A stretch of DNA of 64,000 nucleotides from positions 15,040,644-15,104,643 of the forward strand of contig CM120643.1 of the NCBI GenBank assembly GCA_051362555.1, given 5' to 3'. Both the position numbers and the translations under genes were made by a program. The notes under the pieces are model-generated. The model ran no database searches. It saw nothing but the letters and a program-made list of their open reading frames with translations, and had not been told where the DNA came from. The DNA is from Lingula anatina. Taxonomy: Eukaryota > Animalia > Brachiopoda. Positions 41,181 through 55,001 of the stretch are shown here, in pieces. Numbering within the stretch: the stretch's first letter is position 1; the number at the start of each line of letters is the position of its first letter.

Positions 41181-44100
41181 GTGGGTGCTGGGATTGAACA
41201 GGGTGGCTTCATTATGAGAAGGGAATTGAACAGGGAGTTAGACAGTAGAGGAGTATGTCTATCTGTCTGGTACTTGATAATCTGTTTAGGTTCATCTCAC
41301 TTTTTTACTCGTTTTGCATATTCTTTGCCATGAAAAAATAGAAAATCTCCTTATAGAGATATGATCTAAATATATTTGTACCGCATTGGTAAAAATAGAA
41401 GTGTCAAAAAAAGAAGAATATCTTACACTGGTGAAAATTGCTGTTAGGAGTGTCTGAGGTTGTTTTGAGTGTTTTTGGTAATTGCATCTTCCACCCGAAT
41501 ATTTCTGAAGATATTTCTTATCGATCCAAAATTAATGAAAGGTGGCAACTTCTAAAATAGACAGTTTAAAAATAAAGAGAAAGAAGACATAAAAAAGGAC
41601 CTTCCTGTGAAATGTTTTACGTCTACCAGCCAGTTTGTTTTCCACTGCCACTTCTGTACCATATTAGAGCAATTTGTTGAAGGTCAACTTCATCAAGGAA
41701 AATGTCAGGTGTCTTATTTTAGTGCGGACAGAAATAGAAGAGATTGGTATTGATGATGGGAGAGTATCCACCCATCCGCTGTACTGCTGATTGTTAGATG
41801 GGAATGGAGAGTGATGTTGAAAGTCTTTTTTAAGTGTGTGTGTGTGTGTGCGAATGATGAATGTGTGTGTGTGCAATCATGTGCATATCTTTGCATTATC
41901 CAAACCTTCATAAGAGTGCTCTATACAATTAAATTAGATGAATCATTTGATAAAATGCACATAATGAATATGTTATGGAATATTTTTAGACAGAGGAGAA
42001 TTTTTAAAGTACATATTAATTAGATTCTGAACAATTTGGCAGACTTGATATTACTGTATTGTTTTTCTAAAGCCGGTGTGAAGTTCAGACCAATTTTTCT
42101 GGCTGAAGGTATTTTGTGGAACCAGACCCATTCTGTGTAAGGGTAAACTGTCCCACCTGGGAGAGCCCTCTGATGATAAGACTGTGGAAGAACCAGGAAA
42201 TCATCACTTTCAAGGTTTACACATACAGAACTACTATATTTCAAATTCCTCCCTTGCTCTGCCTGTGGTAAATATTTTGATTCAATTCTTCACTGGTATG
42301 GGCTTTCATGTAATAGAATTGTGCTGATGTTTAAGTGTGGTTGAGTTAATTATTGTTTAATTTTGTCCACAAATTGGAGTCAGTTGTTACAGACAGTTAC
42401 TTTGGGGAAATTTTTGTAAAGTTGGTGTGTACTTGGTGAAATGTCATGATGGGAAAGATGGGGGTGAGGTGGGTAAAGAAAATAACTAGAATCTGGTTCA
42501 ATTTCATTTTATAATTGTCTGTCCAGCGTCCTGTTACTACAATTTTTGGCTAGATACTGGCAGTTATGTGACGGGGTAACACATCCAGACACTTGTCCAG
42601 CTATTATCTTTGTGTATTTAAGATAAGGAGTCTGATTTCCTCTTTTATGTTGACCACCATTTGTCTTGACCCACGGATACAATGTGGACTTCAAATTGTC
42701 ATTGTTTCCAAAACGTGTCATTGCCGTATGAAACTGTAACAAAATACACTGCAGGGAATTAAAACCAAACAGCATGAAATGGCCCATGTTTGCAGTGTAA
42801 CTTATTGGATATGTACAAACATCCGGTGTTGTTAACTTTGAGATCTATCCTTGGACCAGTTTGATCTCTCTCAGCTATTTTATAGTCTGGTCATGTTGGA
42901 TTGTGATAATTTTAATCCCTAGACTATCAAATTGACAAGAGACTTGAGATTTCTCTATCAAAACTGGGTTTAATGATAGTAAATGAGGAATTTAGTGCAT
43001 TTCTATCCACTCAGCCTTAGTATTTTGTTTGGGATAATGGCATTCTTGGGTTGTAAAGTAACTTTTAAGATTTATTTACAAGAGATAGGAGTACAGTACA
43101 GAGGTATAGAATATGACTTTATAACTTTTAACATCTTGTAGCCAAGATTTAATGGAGACATTTAATGAAGTTATGAAGAAGGAAAATGTTACAATTGAAA
43201 ATGATTATTGTGAGACAAAACTTTTTTTTCAAATTAGAAGAAAAAACTCCCAAGAGCTCAAACCATTGCCTAGGTAAAAGGCAGTGAAATCTTTTTAAAG
43301 AAATTGTAGGAGACCTGCATTTAGTTAAAAGAGTTTACACAAATGAAGACCTTTCTGGCAATAAAATTTCATCAGAATTTGTGAAAAATCCTTTGAAATA
43401 TCTTGTCTGCTCAGAAACCAAACAAACATCGTTGAGAATACGTAACCACCCTAGTTGGCAAGGGTAATGAAATTAAGGGAAATGACTCTTATCTTTTCTT
43501 TTATGGGAAAAATTATGAAATTTTACGGATGCTATATTTTTTAAAGTTATAAATCCAGAAATGAATTAAATGATTTAAAATTTTGTATCTGAAAGATTGA
43601 TAATTTATCCCCATTGAAAAGATCGAGTCATCATTTAACAGACAAGAAGATTTAACGACATCACAATTTGTTAGAGCTAATAAGCTTCATGTTATTGGTG
43701 TATCCTGTGGTAAGTAACCCTCAGGCACAGCTTGGCCAGAGGGGAAAAACTGTAAAAATGGCAACAGATTGACAGTGAGACAGCTTGCTGTCTGCCCAGT
43801 GGAGTTTAGTCTTTCACCTGCCCAGAAGGTGGAGTTTTTCTTATCAAGAAGAGCCAAAACCATACTGCCACCTGGTGCGCATTGTCCACTGCTCTCTGAT
43901 TTATGTTCCTTGATTTTACCACACACACACACACACTTCCCATATGTGTTTGTAAATCATACTGGCTGTCCAGTGCACCTCTGTGCTGGTAGTTTTTCCA
44001 GATTTCCTTTCAGATTTACCTAAAATGGTCCCAGTATGTTAGGCCAGGTGGGTCAATTTTGTTACAAGATAGCCCTGGAAAGGGCAATTTGAGGCCACAT

Positions 44101-45925
44101 AGATTTGAAGGCCAAAAACTCTATTCTCATGTTGTTGTCCATGAAGAAGGCCTGATAAGAAATAATTTCCTAAATGAATCACAAATTGATTTAAGGTTTC
44201 AAGGAATTGCATCTCATGGTCCTTACCAGTGGTGTTTTCGTTGACTGTGTGCAGAAAAAAATTACCGACAATTTTTCCCTCTCCCTTTTGCGTGTGCTGG
44301 CACACATACAAAACTGTGCTATGGAATATTGCTCCCAGATCCTAGACAGTCATGAAATTTAAGTCACCAGTCAGTAATTTTGATATTAATAATTTGTAAT
44401 AAAACAAACTCCTAAGCAATCAGTCAGTGTGATAGAAGTAAGGACAGTCCAGTTCCCACACTAAGGTGACCCGTCAAGAGGTCAGTCAAAGTGACCAAAC
44501 CAAGAGGTCAGTCAGAGTGACAAGAGTAGCCTGAGACCATATGATAATTACTGTAATTTAAGACAAATCCATGTCTTTTAGTTATGAAACCATGATGCAG
44601 AAAAAACTAGCGGATCCTGCATTGCAGTGTCTTTTTTTGAAGGCTGTCACGTTTTGTGCATTGGTCACGATATGAGAACTAATACCTAAAGCTGAACAAG
44701 ATGAGATGAAAAGCGAAGATGTGTTATGGTGGAATCCTGCAACTTTTAATGAAAAACAAGTGGAGGAGTTCTTTTTAGCTTACAATTAGTGTATTACCAG
44801 TTAGTGGGTCGATTTTAGTTGAGGCCAGTGAAGAAAGTCCTGTATTGATATTTGTTAATATTATAAGATACATTTTCATCATGGAGACCAGTGAAGCAAA
44901 CCTGAGTTTTACTGAACTAAGGAATATCTTAGCAGAGAAATTGAACATTAAGGGGCACAAGGAGAAGTTGATTTTCAAATGTAGAAACCCGTATTGTTCA
45001 TGCCCTGCTGTGGAGGGGAGTAGTGTCATTGACAGCCAAGGAGCTGATGTTATACAGCAGCATCCCAATGAATGTGGCTTTCAGAACGCTGGTGCAGCCC
45101 CATATAATGTGCACAAACGTGATAGTGCCAACATGCAAGACAACTATGGGGCAGTTCCATGTAACACTCATAATCTTGAATGCACAGGTGGTCAAGAAAA
45201 GGATAGTGCAGCTTTGTTTAACATGCATAAGCATGGCTGTGGTGACATGCAAGAGAACGACACAGCAGCTTTGTGTCGCAAAGTGGAGCATGTCTGCGAA
45301 AACATGTGCAGCAGTGACACTGCATTGTTTCTTCACAAAGATGAAATTCAATGTAATAAAGCAGATCTGTGTACCCCTAACAGATTTCAAGGTGATACAG
45401 ATTACAAAGGCGACCAAAGAAGGAGCAATAAGATTCTTAATAGCTCTGAAGATATTGAATACCCTGACAAGAAAATAAATGTTTTACATCAAAAGCAGAA
45501 AATTGGGAAAATGATCCCAATTAACTTTAAATTGAACAATTTTGGCTCGGTCCCATTCGCCATTGTGGAAAGCCCTTGGGCCATCATGGATGGGACTTCT
45601 GGTATTAAACACTATTGGAATGGTCATGAGAAAAATAGTACTTTGTTGAAACACTTATCGTATGGGATACAGCAATCTTTCTGTAGATTTTACTCTGCAG
45701 GCATTCTCTTCTTTTCTTGTCCCAAAATCTGTCACAGAAAGCATCTCATCCTCCAATCCTGTAAATTAAACAGAGCATTTGTGATGAGTCCTGGGGCAGA
45801 GAACACTGTTCTCAATTTCCTCGTGAAAGATTTTAGAATCTTATGCAGCATTATGATACTTGATTCTGTCAAATCAGGATATTCTTTTTTTGGTAAGATT
45901 GCCACTTTCTCGCTGAGTTGTTATT

Positions 45926-46137
45926 ATTACCTTGTCCTTGGAGGTTGCATTTTCATCTGTGGTAAACTTTATCTGTAACTGTTTGTTAGTGGAGAAGATA
46001 TCTCAAAATTTTGTGCACAAATTTTAGTGAAATTTTCAGGATTGGCAGATGTTAAGGAGGAATAGATACTTATTAGAATTCAAGTTTCTACTGAACTCAT
46101 GTCTCCTAATATTTTGGCAGAGATCTGTACTCTCTTA
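45926..46137 (+). mobile_element. Degenerate Helentron-associated (HINE-like) non-autonomous element
   Basis: ttacct...ggaggttgcattttc 5' end, gtttgttagt, aaattttcagga and ttggcagagatctgtactct 3' end, collinear with the copy at 58241-58474. Confidence 0.5.
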
Positions 46138-46388
46138 GATATATAGCTAACATGGGATGTGAGTGTCTGGATTCAGGCAGTGTCCAAAGATATTTTTATC
46201 AATATCAGAATATTTTATTAAAAAGCAGCAGTTTTCTTTCCAGGACAAACTACCAATAGGTCCATATTTACAAAGTTTCTTGATCTGTTTCCATGTTAAA
46301 AGATAATGTTAACCCTATGAACCTTTATTAGAGATATAATGTGGTTGTTGTAGACTGTGATATCTTATTATTTGTTCTTTCATTCTAG

Positions 46389-46483
46389 GAACGTTGCCAT
46401 GGACAAATATAATGAACATCCTGGACGAAAAGGATGGAGGGGACTCGGAGCTTCTGGTTTATGCTATGACACTGGTTAACAAA
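46389..46483 (+). CDS. FHOD: Exon 8 ([12 protein letters not shown]...YAMTLVNK)
   Basis: cattctag|GA ... AAA|gtaaat, phase 1-0. Confidence 0.95.
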
Positions 46484-46709
46484 GTAAATTTATTTATTTA
46501 TTTATTTATTTTGCTCTGCTTCTGGCAGAAAGTTAGGCTGCTAGGATGTAAATTTGTTACCAAATGCTAAAGAAGAGGAGAATATATATGCATATTTTTA
46601 TCTATAGAACGTTTCATTAAAAATTTTACCCTACTTACCAAGGAGAAATATTTTGCACTTTCTCGAAAGTGTTGAATAGTCGTTTTAAGTCCGTAAACAC
46701 AAGAGATAG

Positions 46710-46769
46710 TTATAGCAATAATGTCACACAAACTTTTCTTTATAGCAATAATGTCACACAAACTTTTCT
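46710..46769. repeat. Two tandem 30-bp copies (ttatagcaataatgtcacacaaacttttct)
   Basis: Read directly. Confidence 0.9.
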
Positions 46770-46815
46770 ACATATGGTCAGTACTTGGTTCCTAATAATG
46801 TCTGTCCTCCCTCAG

Positions 46816-47018
46816 GCCCTGAATGCCATCCCAGACCAGGACGCCTTCTATGACCTGACAGATGCCCTGGAAGAGCAGGGGATGGAGAGGATCATCCAGA
46901 AGCACATGAACAGGAAGGGTTCAGATCTGGACCTGCTGGAACAGTTCCAACTTTATGAGGCGGCTTTGAGGCACGAAGACGGAGAAGACAATGTGCCGCA
47001 GCAAGTGGAAAATATTCG
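46816..47018 (+). CDS. FHOD: Exon 9 (ALNAIPDQDAFYD...LRHEDG...ENIR), end of FH3
   Basis: ccctcag|GCC ... CG|gtattg, phase 0-2. Confidence 0.93.
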
Positions 47019-47142
47019 GTATTGCTTGATTTTCTTATTCTAATTTTTTGTAAAATGTTCTTATGGTGGAGTCTGTCTAAACAGTGTTGAGAATTCCTTG
47101 ATAAAGTATTTGTTTATTTCTTAAAATATTATTTATTTTCAG

Positions 47143-47298
47143 AAAAACACCTCGCATTAAGAGTGAGGATGACAGAAAGAGCCGTCGATCATCATTTGGA
47201 GGCACTCCAGCCACTCCACCAACTAAACGTCGCGAGATTGGAAAACTGCCATCTCACAAAGAGGAAGAGACCAAAGATATGAGGAGAAGGACAACAGG
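47143..47298 (+). CDS. FHOD: Exon 10, linker (KTPRIKSEDDRKSRRSS...RRRTTG)
   Basis: ttattttcag|A ... GG|gtatgt, phase 2-2, open frame. Confidence 0.85.
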
Positions 47299-47780
47299 GT
47301 ATGTGATTGGTCGTAAATCAACCAGTCAATTGAAAATGATATTATAATTATAATCAATCAGTTTCTTTTACAGTTTGGAGTACTATACATGTAAATGAGA
47401 GTTTGGAGATTTTAAATTTCATTTTCTACAATTTCACAGAGTCCGAACATTCATCAATTTGTCCATACAATTCCTGAAATCTGCTTGACAGTTAACCTTT
47501 TTTTTACTGCACATAATGGCTCTTATCTGTTGAAAATGCAAGTTGCTGCTGTATTTTAGACTCTCCCTAGCTCAGAAATAGTCAGCCAGGTCAAATGTTA
47601 AACAGATTCTAATTTGGCTAAGGAATGTGCAACATCTCAAAATTCAAATCACTGCATTTAAATTTCCTTTTTTTCTCTCTCTCTCTCTCTCTTTTTCTTT
47701 TTTAAAATTATAAAAATTTTAGTATTATAAATGAATCATTTCTTTAGTAGCAATTAGATATTTTTTAATTTTTATTTCAG

Positions 47781-47914
47781 CGAGCGTGGTTTTCCAGGAT
47801 TACAACGTGGTGACAGCGATGAGGCGGGGCCAGAAGGTAGGCACGGGAGCATGCATAGACCGCATTCCGTGGAATCCTGCGACACCACGGACACGACACC
47901 TAAACAGAGTGCAT
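47781..47914 (+). CDS. FHOD: Exon 11, linker (ERGFPGLQRGDSDEAGPE...), with two possible in-frame donors (47836 or 47914)
   Basis: tttatttcag|C (phase 2). Donors G|gtaggc and T|gtatgt are both phase 1. Bridges the phase-2 to phase-1 gap between flanking exons. Confidence 0.75.
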
Positions 47915-49701
47915 GTATGTTGGTTTGCATGTTGTTTTTTTACTAATTTGATAAAGTATTTAGATTTATTAGACCATTAACAAAATTGCCAAATTATTAT
48001 TATTATTTTTTTTTTTTTGTCTTCTTTAACTGAAAAAGTTAAAATCTTGAAAACATTTTTTCCTTTGTGAAAACATTCAATATTTATTTTATTTTAACAA
48101 GTTACAGCATTAAGAGCGGTGTTTTCACATAAGAACATATTAACCAGTTTCAGGTAAATTATCTATGTAAAACAGTCAGAAAGTTGTCAGTAAAGCAGTA
48201 CTCCACCTGACTGAACTGGTTTATGTTCAATATGTAAATGCATCGAATAACTCTTCATCAAAGCTTAAAGTGGATAACATCAATGATAACTGTGATAAAA
48301 AGGTTTCAGTGATAAATCATTTGATATTTATCATATGTAATTTTTAAAGCTGTTGCAAGGAAGACAGGTATAAGAGGGTTAATAGATGTTGCTCACCTTA
48401 AAATATGTGTTAAAAAGTTTGAGAAGTGAAGCGAGCACAAGATTTGGTTTGCAGCACACAAATAAAGAGAGGTGCTAAATGCAATACGCCAAGATTCTAA
48501 AAATACAGTAAAGTGACACCTTTGTATTTGGCCAGTAGAAGTCTAGCATACCTGACTATAGGGATTGAATAATAGTCCTTGGGTTTAAACTTACTACTCA
48601 CTCTGATTAATTTTATTCAGAAATTTTATTTCATTCAAATTCTTAATAGTCTGTGTACACATTTTTGTTAAATTGAAATCCAAGGTTTTTGTGAAAGAGA
48701 ATTGTCTGTTTTCCAAAAAAAAGTTTCCTAACTTGTTTGGGGCAGGTTAAACGTTTAAACTGGATTTGTACCTTTGCTGTATTTACGCTTTGACAGAATC
48801 AATATTGAGAGTGCTTTCAGTGTAGCATGTTCAGTCAACAGTGTCTTATGCAACTGAATAACCCATCTCTTGGGCAAATTCAAGATAAATTATGCTTCAG
48901 AAATGGATCAAAGGCCCATTCACTAACACATTAAGCATTTAACGTCGTTTTGGTTAGACACACAAATATGATTTTAAAAAAATTTAATACATTCTGCATA
49001 GTTGAGTTGCTGCAAGAACATATCCTTACTTTCAAGTGATTTAATTAATAAATTGCTGGAGGAACTCTTCTTTTAAGTTGCTCTGAATTCTCTAAGTAAA
49101 CTATTGCTGTAACAAATGCTGTTATTATACCCTATTGATATCTAATCAAACATGGATAAATGAATAATGAACTAGCATGATATATTTTAAAGAACATTAT
49201 AAGACTTCATTTGGAGATTTATCATTAAGGTGTTGGGATAACTTATTTGCATGGGTTGATTGGTTTTCATTTTCCTCCCTTTATTTACAGCATGGAAAAA
49301 ATTAATTGGGATTGGGAAAATTTGAGCATAGTTATTTTGTAGGTGGTTGCATTGTTTTAAGGCGAAAGAGTTACTGAAGCTTTGTGTGTTATAGTGAAAT
49401 GAAAGTGGGTACATCTAAATAACCGAAATATGTAATTAAGAGAAGATATCTATAAGCGTGATATATCTGCACAAAATTTATATCACTTCAAAGTTACAAT
49501 ACGTATGAATCATTTGCTTTGATGGACATTTTTTAAAATTCCGTCTGTTGTCAGTTTACGTGTGCCCACTTTGTATGATTTGTAAATAAAAAAGGTCTCC
49601 GTGTTTCATGCATATGGTGGTATGTTTATATCATTGACATGCAATTTGTCAGTTTGGTTTTTGCAATCCCATCATGCTTGAGTCCTTCCTCTCACCTCCA
49701 G

Positions 49702-49977
49702 TTGACCCCTCCCGACGGCGACAACGAAGAGAGCGCCAGCGGTCTTTTATAAAGGAACAAGAAAGCAGCACCGACTCCCCAGATACTAGTCATCTCGTCA
49801 ATGGTGACCGGTCCCACGCTAATGCTACTGTATCTACTGCTACTGTTACTACCACTCCGTCCAGATATACATCCACATACAATGGTACCAGTAGCAGTAG
49901 TGGTAGCATTAACGGTGTGTCTGACCCGCCCCATGCTAATCATTCCCACAGGCAACTTAACAATCATTCCAAAGCAG
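49702..49977 (+). CDS. FHOD: Exon 12, linker (DPSRRRQRRERQRSF...HSKA), symmetric phase 1-1
   Basis: ctcacctccag|TT ... G|gtaaga, within ORF 49674-50027. Confidence 0.8.
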
Positions 49978-50723
49978 GTAAGAACTCAAGGAAGGGAGGG
50001 GGGGGGGTAGTTGACACAGAAGGGTAATATTTTCCACTTACTGTTTCACACTTGATGGGAGCACACACATGAAGCCAGACACATCTGCGAAGGGTTCTAC
50101 AAAAACATTACTCTCCTTTGCCCCAATGCTACCTGAACTTGATCCTGGGTCCCCAGTTTATTTATTTATTTATTTATTTATTTGTTTGTCACAGTGGCAG
50201 CATGTTTTTCCACTGCATGGTTTCAGTCACATGATAACTGTTTGAGTCTCGTGGTCAAATTTCTCATGTGCATGTTGCATACTTGTCAGAAAATATTTGA
50301 ACTCTTGAGTGCAGGAACTTTCTTAAAGAGCATGAAGATGTTCGATTTGTCTCAAAAAAAAAAAAAATTAGGAGCAAAAAAAAAAAAATTTTTAAGTGGC
50401 ATGTGACAATTTTTACCTGTGGTTTGTCATGTCTCAACTGTCCTGTGTGGAAGCATGCTGGCTCCTGGATTGAGGTCTGATTTCCAGCACTTTTCTCCTG
50501 GTATTTGTGTAAGAAACATGCTCTTTTCTTTATATTTCATGGGTATTTCATCAATTAGATTCCTTTCCTTTAATTATTATTTATGAATTTCATTGACAAC
50601 AGTATAGGGTAATATTCGAAGATGAATGACATTTGGTGACAGAAAACCATATTATTTAGAAAAGAAAAATATCCCTTAGAATATATTTAACATTTGATTT
50701 CAATCTACTTTCACATTTTACAG

Positions 50724-51787
50724 ATGAGCCGTTTACAAATCGTCGCGGCAAATTTGAGGAGTTGGCATCCCAAGACAAACGGCTGCCGACCCCCAACATC
50801 CAGCCGTTCCACAAACCTCAGGGCTCCAACGAGTCCGGCTACCAGAGCACAAATGAACAAACAAACAATTACTCCGAAATGGAGAATCGTATGAACAAAC
50901 GGAATGAATCTCGTAACCGCTTTGATCAGAAGGCTGTGTCTCCACAGCAGCAACAACAAAGTGAACAACAAGAGGGCAGGGTGCCCCCTGGTGTTTCAAA
51001 CAATAAACGATGGTTGTTGTACAAAATGAAGTCGCGGGATAGCATGGACGAGGATGAGGCCCCGTCACAGGAGGAGGAAGGAAAGAGCAGTGGAGGGAAT
51101 CTCAATAAGAGCGCAGTGCAATCAGTCGCGGACAGGTTCCGTCAGCCCCCTCAGGAGCCACAGCAACAGGAAGCAAAACCATCGGCGCCTCGCGGGGATG
51201 TTACAGGCCGCATCACCAGCATGCGTGATCGTTTTGCTCGTTCTGGTGATGCACCTAAATTGAATTCTTCGTCACCCGCCGCACCATCACCTTCCACACC
51301 CAAGGGGGATCAGGATCTCCACTGGGAACAGCTGGAGAACAATCTTCAGTTGAGACGTCCCCTAAGAATCAAGGAGTTAGATTTCACAGACTTAGGAGCC
51401 GAGGATGACATAGACATCACAGCAGTTCTTGCTCCTCAAGGGATGGGAGGGCCAGGGGTACCCCCACCCCCACCCCCAGGTGGCATCCCTCCTCCACCAC
51501 CCCCAGGTGTACCCCCACCCCCTGGTTTACCACCTCCTCCACCACCGCCCCCAGGGGGAGGTGGTATCCCCCCACCCCCTCCGCCAGGAGGTGGAAAACC
51601 CGGTGCTAATACCATTAAGAAAAACAAGAAGACACTTAGGTTACACTGGAAAGAGGTGCGTGACACCAATGTTCCCCCAGTTCTGGCGAAGGCGGGGACT
51701 GTCTGGAAGGGTCTAGTCAAAGTGAAGATTGATGAACAGAAACTGGAGCACCTCTTCGAGAGTCGGACTAACGAGCTTAAAGCCAAG
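50724..51787 (+). CDS. FHOD: Exon 13: linker, FH1 polyproline tracts and FH2 N-terminus
   Basis: ttttacag|AT ... AAG|gtagag, phase 1-0. Contains LRIKELDFTDL, PPPPP repeats, KKTLRLHWKEV and KLEHLFES. Confidence 0.95.
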
Positions 51788-52382
51788 GTAGAGTCACTGC
51801 TGTGTTGTTTTGTCACTTTTTTTTTTTTGTTGGTTATGTGAGTGTGTTGTGTTTTGAGTTTTGTGTTTTATTAATTTGGTTTGTATGCAGTTTCAAAGTG
51901 AACATACAGGATAGCCTGAAATGAAAATTATTGTGTATGTGATATCACAAAATAATGATTTGAAGATACAATTTTGAGGTGTTATAATAATTATAGCAGA
52001 TCAGCAGTTGAGAATGTGTTATTGTGAGTTTTGCTTTTTTTTTTTTTTTTTTCATTTTAAATTAATTTTGAAAATTCACAGAAAATAATCAAAAGAAAAT
52101 TTGTGAAATTTCGATGGGTGAAATTTTGTGTGTTGTGTTTTAAGTGCTATATTTTGCATTACATTTTTACATTCATATTTGTTTCACAAACTGGCCATGA
52201 AATATTTTTGCTTTTTATTTATTTTCTTTGCCGAGTTTTGGCTTATATATTTTTTATTTTGCTTATTACTTAACCTGTTGTTGCAGTATAAGCTACATAA
52301 AATTGTTGAAAGAAAAGACAAAGGTGAAAAAGAAGAGAAAAGCTGGATATTTTTTGTTAAAAATGATAACATTTTTTAGCCC

Positions 52383-52487
52383 AAGTTGAGTTTATTTATC
52401 GCGAAAAAGTATGAAAAGTTGAGTTTATTTATCGCAAAAAAAGTATGAAAAGTTGAGTTTATTTATCGCGAAAAAGTATGAAAAGTT
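52383..52487. repeat. Three tandem 33-34-bp copies (aagttgagtttatttatcgcgaaaaagtatgaa)
   Basis: Read directly. Confidence 0.92.
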
Positions 52488-53127
52488 AAAGAAGACATTT
52501 CACCTTTGTTCGAATTTTAATAACACTGATTAAATATACTTCAATTTCAGCAGCTTCCAGGCATGGATTAACTATTTGATAATGTTGTTGCTTTTTGTTT
52601 TTTCTTTTGAATTTCTTGAATTTGCTGCATGTGCTGATCATGGACGTCAACTTAACAGGATCCGGTAAGAAACTAAGCAACATTTGTGGAAATTCTGGCA
52701 TGAAGATGACAGTCACTTTTGTTGCTCAAGAGCTTCTTGCTTACAAGATGAGATAATTTCAACATGTTGATAAGACACACTTATAGAGGATGTTCTGAAC
52801 CAAACGGTAACATCACATTGATAAGATGACCTACCAGTTTATGAACAGATGTCTTGAAAGAAAAACAAAAATTTTTACATCATGTTACTAGAGATTTTGA
52901 TTGTTTCCAAGGCCACTTTTTGAATTTTTAGATTTATGTTTCTGACAGTCCTCTCTAAGTGAGTTTTACTGTGTTGCATGTTTTAGTTGCTGTACTTGTG
53001 CTGAGTAGTCAACAGTTCACTGAGACACTGGTCAAGTCTTTATGCCAGATTTTCCCTGCTTATCAAAATTTTTTTCTTAGCTAAATTCCATCTCCGCACC
53101 ATCACACATTGCTAGAATCCCTCCCCC

Positions 53128-53131
<4 letters not shown>

Positions 53132-53167
<36 letters not shown>
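53132..53167. repeat. (CT)n microsatellite
   Basis: Read directly. Confidence 0.95.
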
Positions 53168-53170
<3 letters not shown>

Positions 53171-53738
53171 ATTTCATGTCCATTCTTCACTGTGATTTAG
53201 ATGTGAAAGTTAATGCCAATTTAATGTTTAAGTTCTTTGGTGGAAGAGACCCCTGAATCTAATAACCGGTACACGTAGTCTGACTCCAATATTATGTGCT
53301 AGATCTCTACTACCCAGATATTATCCCCTATCCCCCCTCCTCTCTCTCTCTCTCTCTTTCTCTCTCATGTATACCTACGCTATAGGCCTTTTTAGTTCCT
53401 GATGTAGTCTCTATGTTACAAACATCTGAATTCACAGAGTTTAAGAAATGTTCACTTCATGGTCAACCTTTTTATTACATTGCTTGCACTTTTAAAAGAA
53501 CATTGATCAGTGATCAGTTGATATGCAATATATCAGTAGTAACCGAATTAATGCAAGGAAAAAAAACAATGAAATATATAAGATCACTGCAAATAGATAA
53601 TATTGAGTTGTATCAGTTTGCTTAAGATATATATATATTGCATTTTGGAGAATTTTTGCATCATGGTTATGTTATATTCAAATATTTTGAGTCATTTAGA
53701 ATAAATCAACAACTCATTTGGCTTACCACCCATTCCAG

Positions 53739-53894
53739 CAAGCAAAGGAGGGAGCAAAGAAAGAAATCATTGTATTGGACACAAAACGCTCAAATGCCAT
53801 TAATATTGGTATGACCGTCCTTCCACCGCCACGAACAATCAAGACCGCCATCTTGAAAATGGACAGTGCAATAATGAATAAGGAAGGAATCGAG
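53739..53894 (+). CDS. FHOD: Exon 14, FH2 (VLDTKRSNAINIGMTVLPPP)
   Basis: cattccag|CAA ... GAG|gtaggg, phase 0-0. Confidence 0.95.
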
Positions 53895-54287
53895 GTAGGG
53901 TTAAGGAGATCTTGAAAATCTAAAGGATAACAATCTTGATAGAATCTTTCCTATATTATCATTGGCTAAACTGCCTTGCCTGCTAACGAACCTGGTGGAG
54001 CAGAAGTAAACTAAATTTTGACCCAATTTGGGGATTACCTGTCAAATTGAAGTACTATTAGACTTAACAAATTATCCAGAACAAAGTGAAGATGACTTTT
54101 ATTTTCAAAATGTTAAACTGATACTTTTGTTTAGCAATTGTTATAGTATGTATCAGTTTTACTACAGTAGCTTTAAAATTATATCATCACCACAGGAGTC
54201 GAGTTTCCACAGATTTCATGTTTTTTTGTTCAGCCTATCATATAAGTGGTTTCAAAGTATGTATAGAATGATACAAAACCATTCCAG

Positions 54288-54473
54288 AAAATCCTCTCCA
54301 CCATGATCCCCACGGATGAAGAGAAGAGCAAGATTCTGGAGGCGCAGATGGCCAACCCTGACACCCCTCTGGGCACCGCAGAACAGTTCCTGCTCACGCT
54401 GTCTTCCATTAGTGAGCTGCAGGCACGACTGGAACTCTGGCTCTTCAAGATGGATTATGAAGTGGTGGAACAG
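54288..54473 (+). CDS. FHOD: Exon 15, FH2 ([12 protein letters not shown]...[14 protein letters not shown]...VVEQ)
   Basis: cattccag|AAA ... CAG|gtaagc, phase 0-0. Confidence 0.95.
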
Positions 54474-54731
54474 GTAAGCCTCGGACAAGTTTCATCAACT
54501 CTAGATGTCACTATCCATTGGATAGTTATCAAATAAAAAAAAACTTGATGCTTTTTCATCTTTGATAAATGCCATATTCATTGATTTTTCTCAGATGTAA
54601 GATCATCAAGTAATAATTAGAAAAAAATGTATAACCTTGCATAGTTGTTACACACATCAAGCTTTCACAGAAATATGCCCAAGACTATTTGTATCTGGGT
54701 AAGATTTAAATTGTTTGTTTTCTGTAAACAG

Positions 54732-54851
54732 GAGATAGCTGAGCCCTTGATGGACCTAAAGAATGGAATTGATGAACTGAGAAACAACAAGACATTTAAA
54801 TGCATCCTCTCAGCTATCCTGGCTGTAGGCAATTTCCTGAATGGTATTCAA
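54732..54851 (+). CDS. FHOD: Exon 16, FH2 (EIAEPLMDLK...LAVGNFLNGIQ)
   Basis: aaacag|GAG ... CAA|gtaagt, phase 0-0, GNFLN motif. Confidence 0.95.
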
Positions 54852-54878
54852 GTAAGTTAGCAAAGGTTGATGGACATC

Positions 54879-55001
<123 letters not shown>

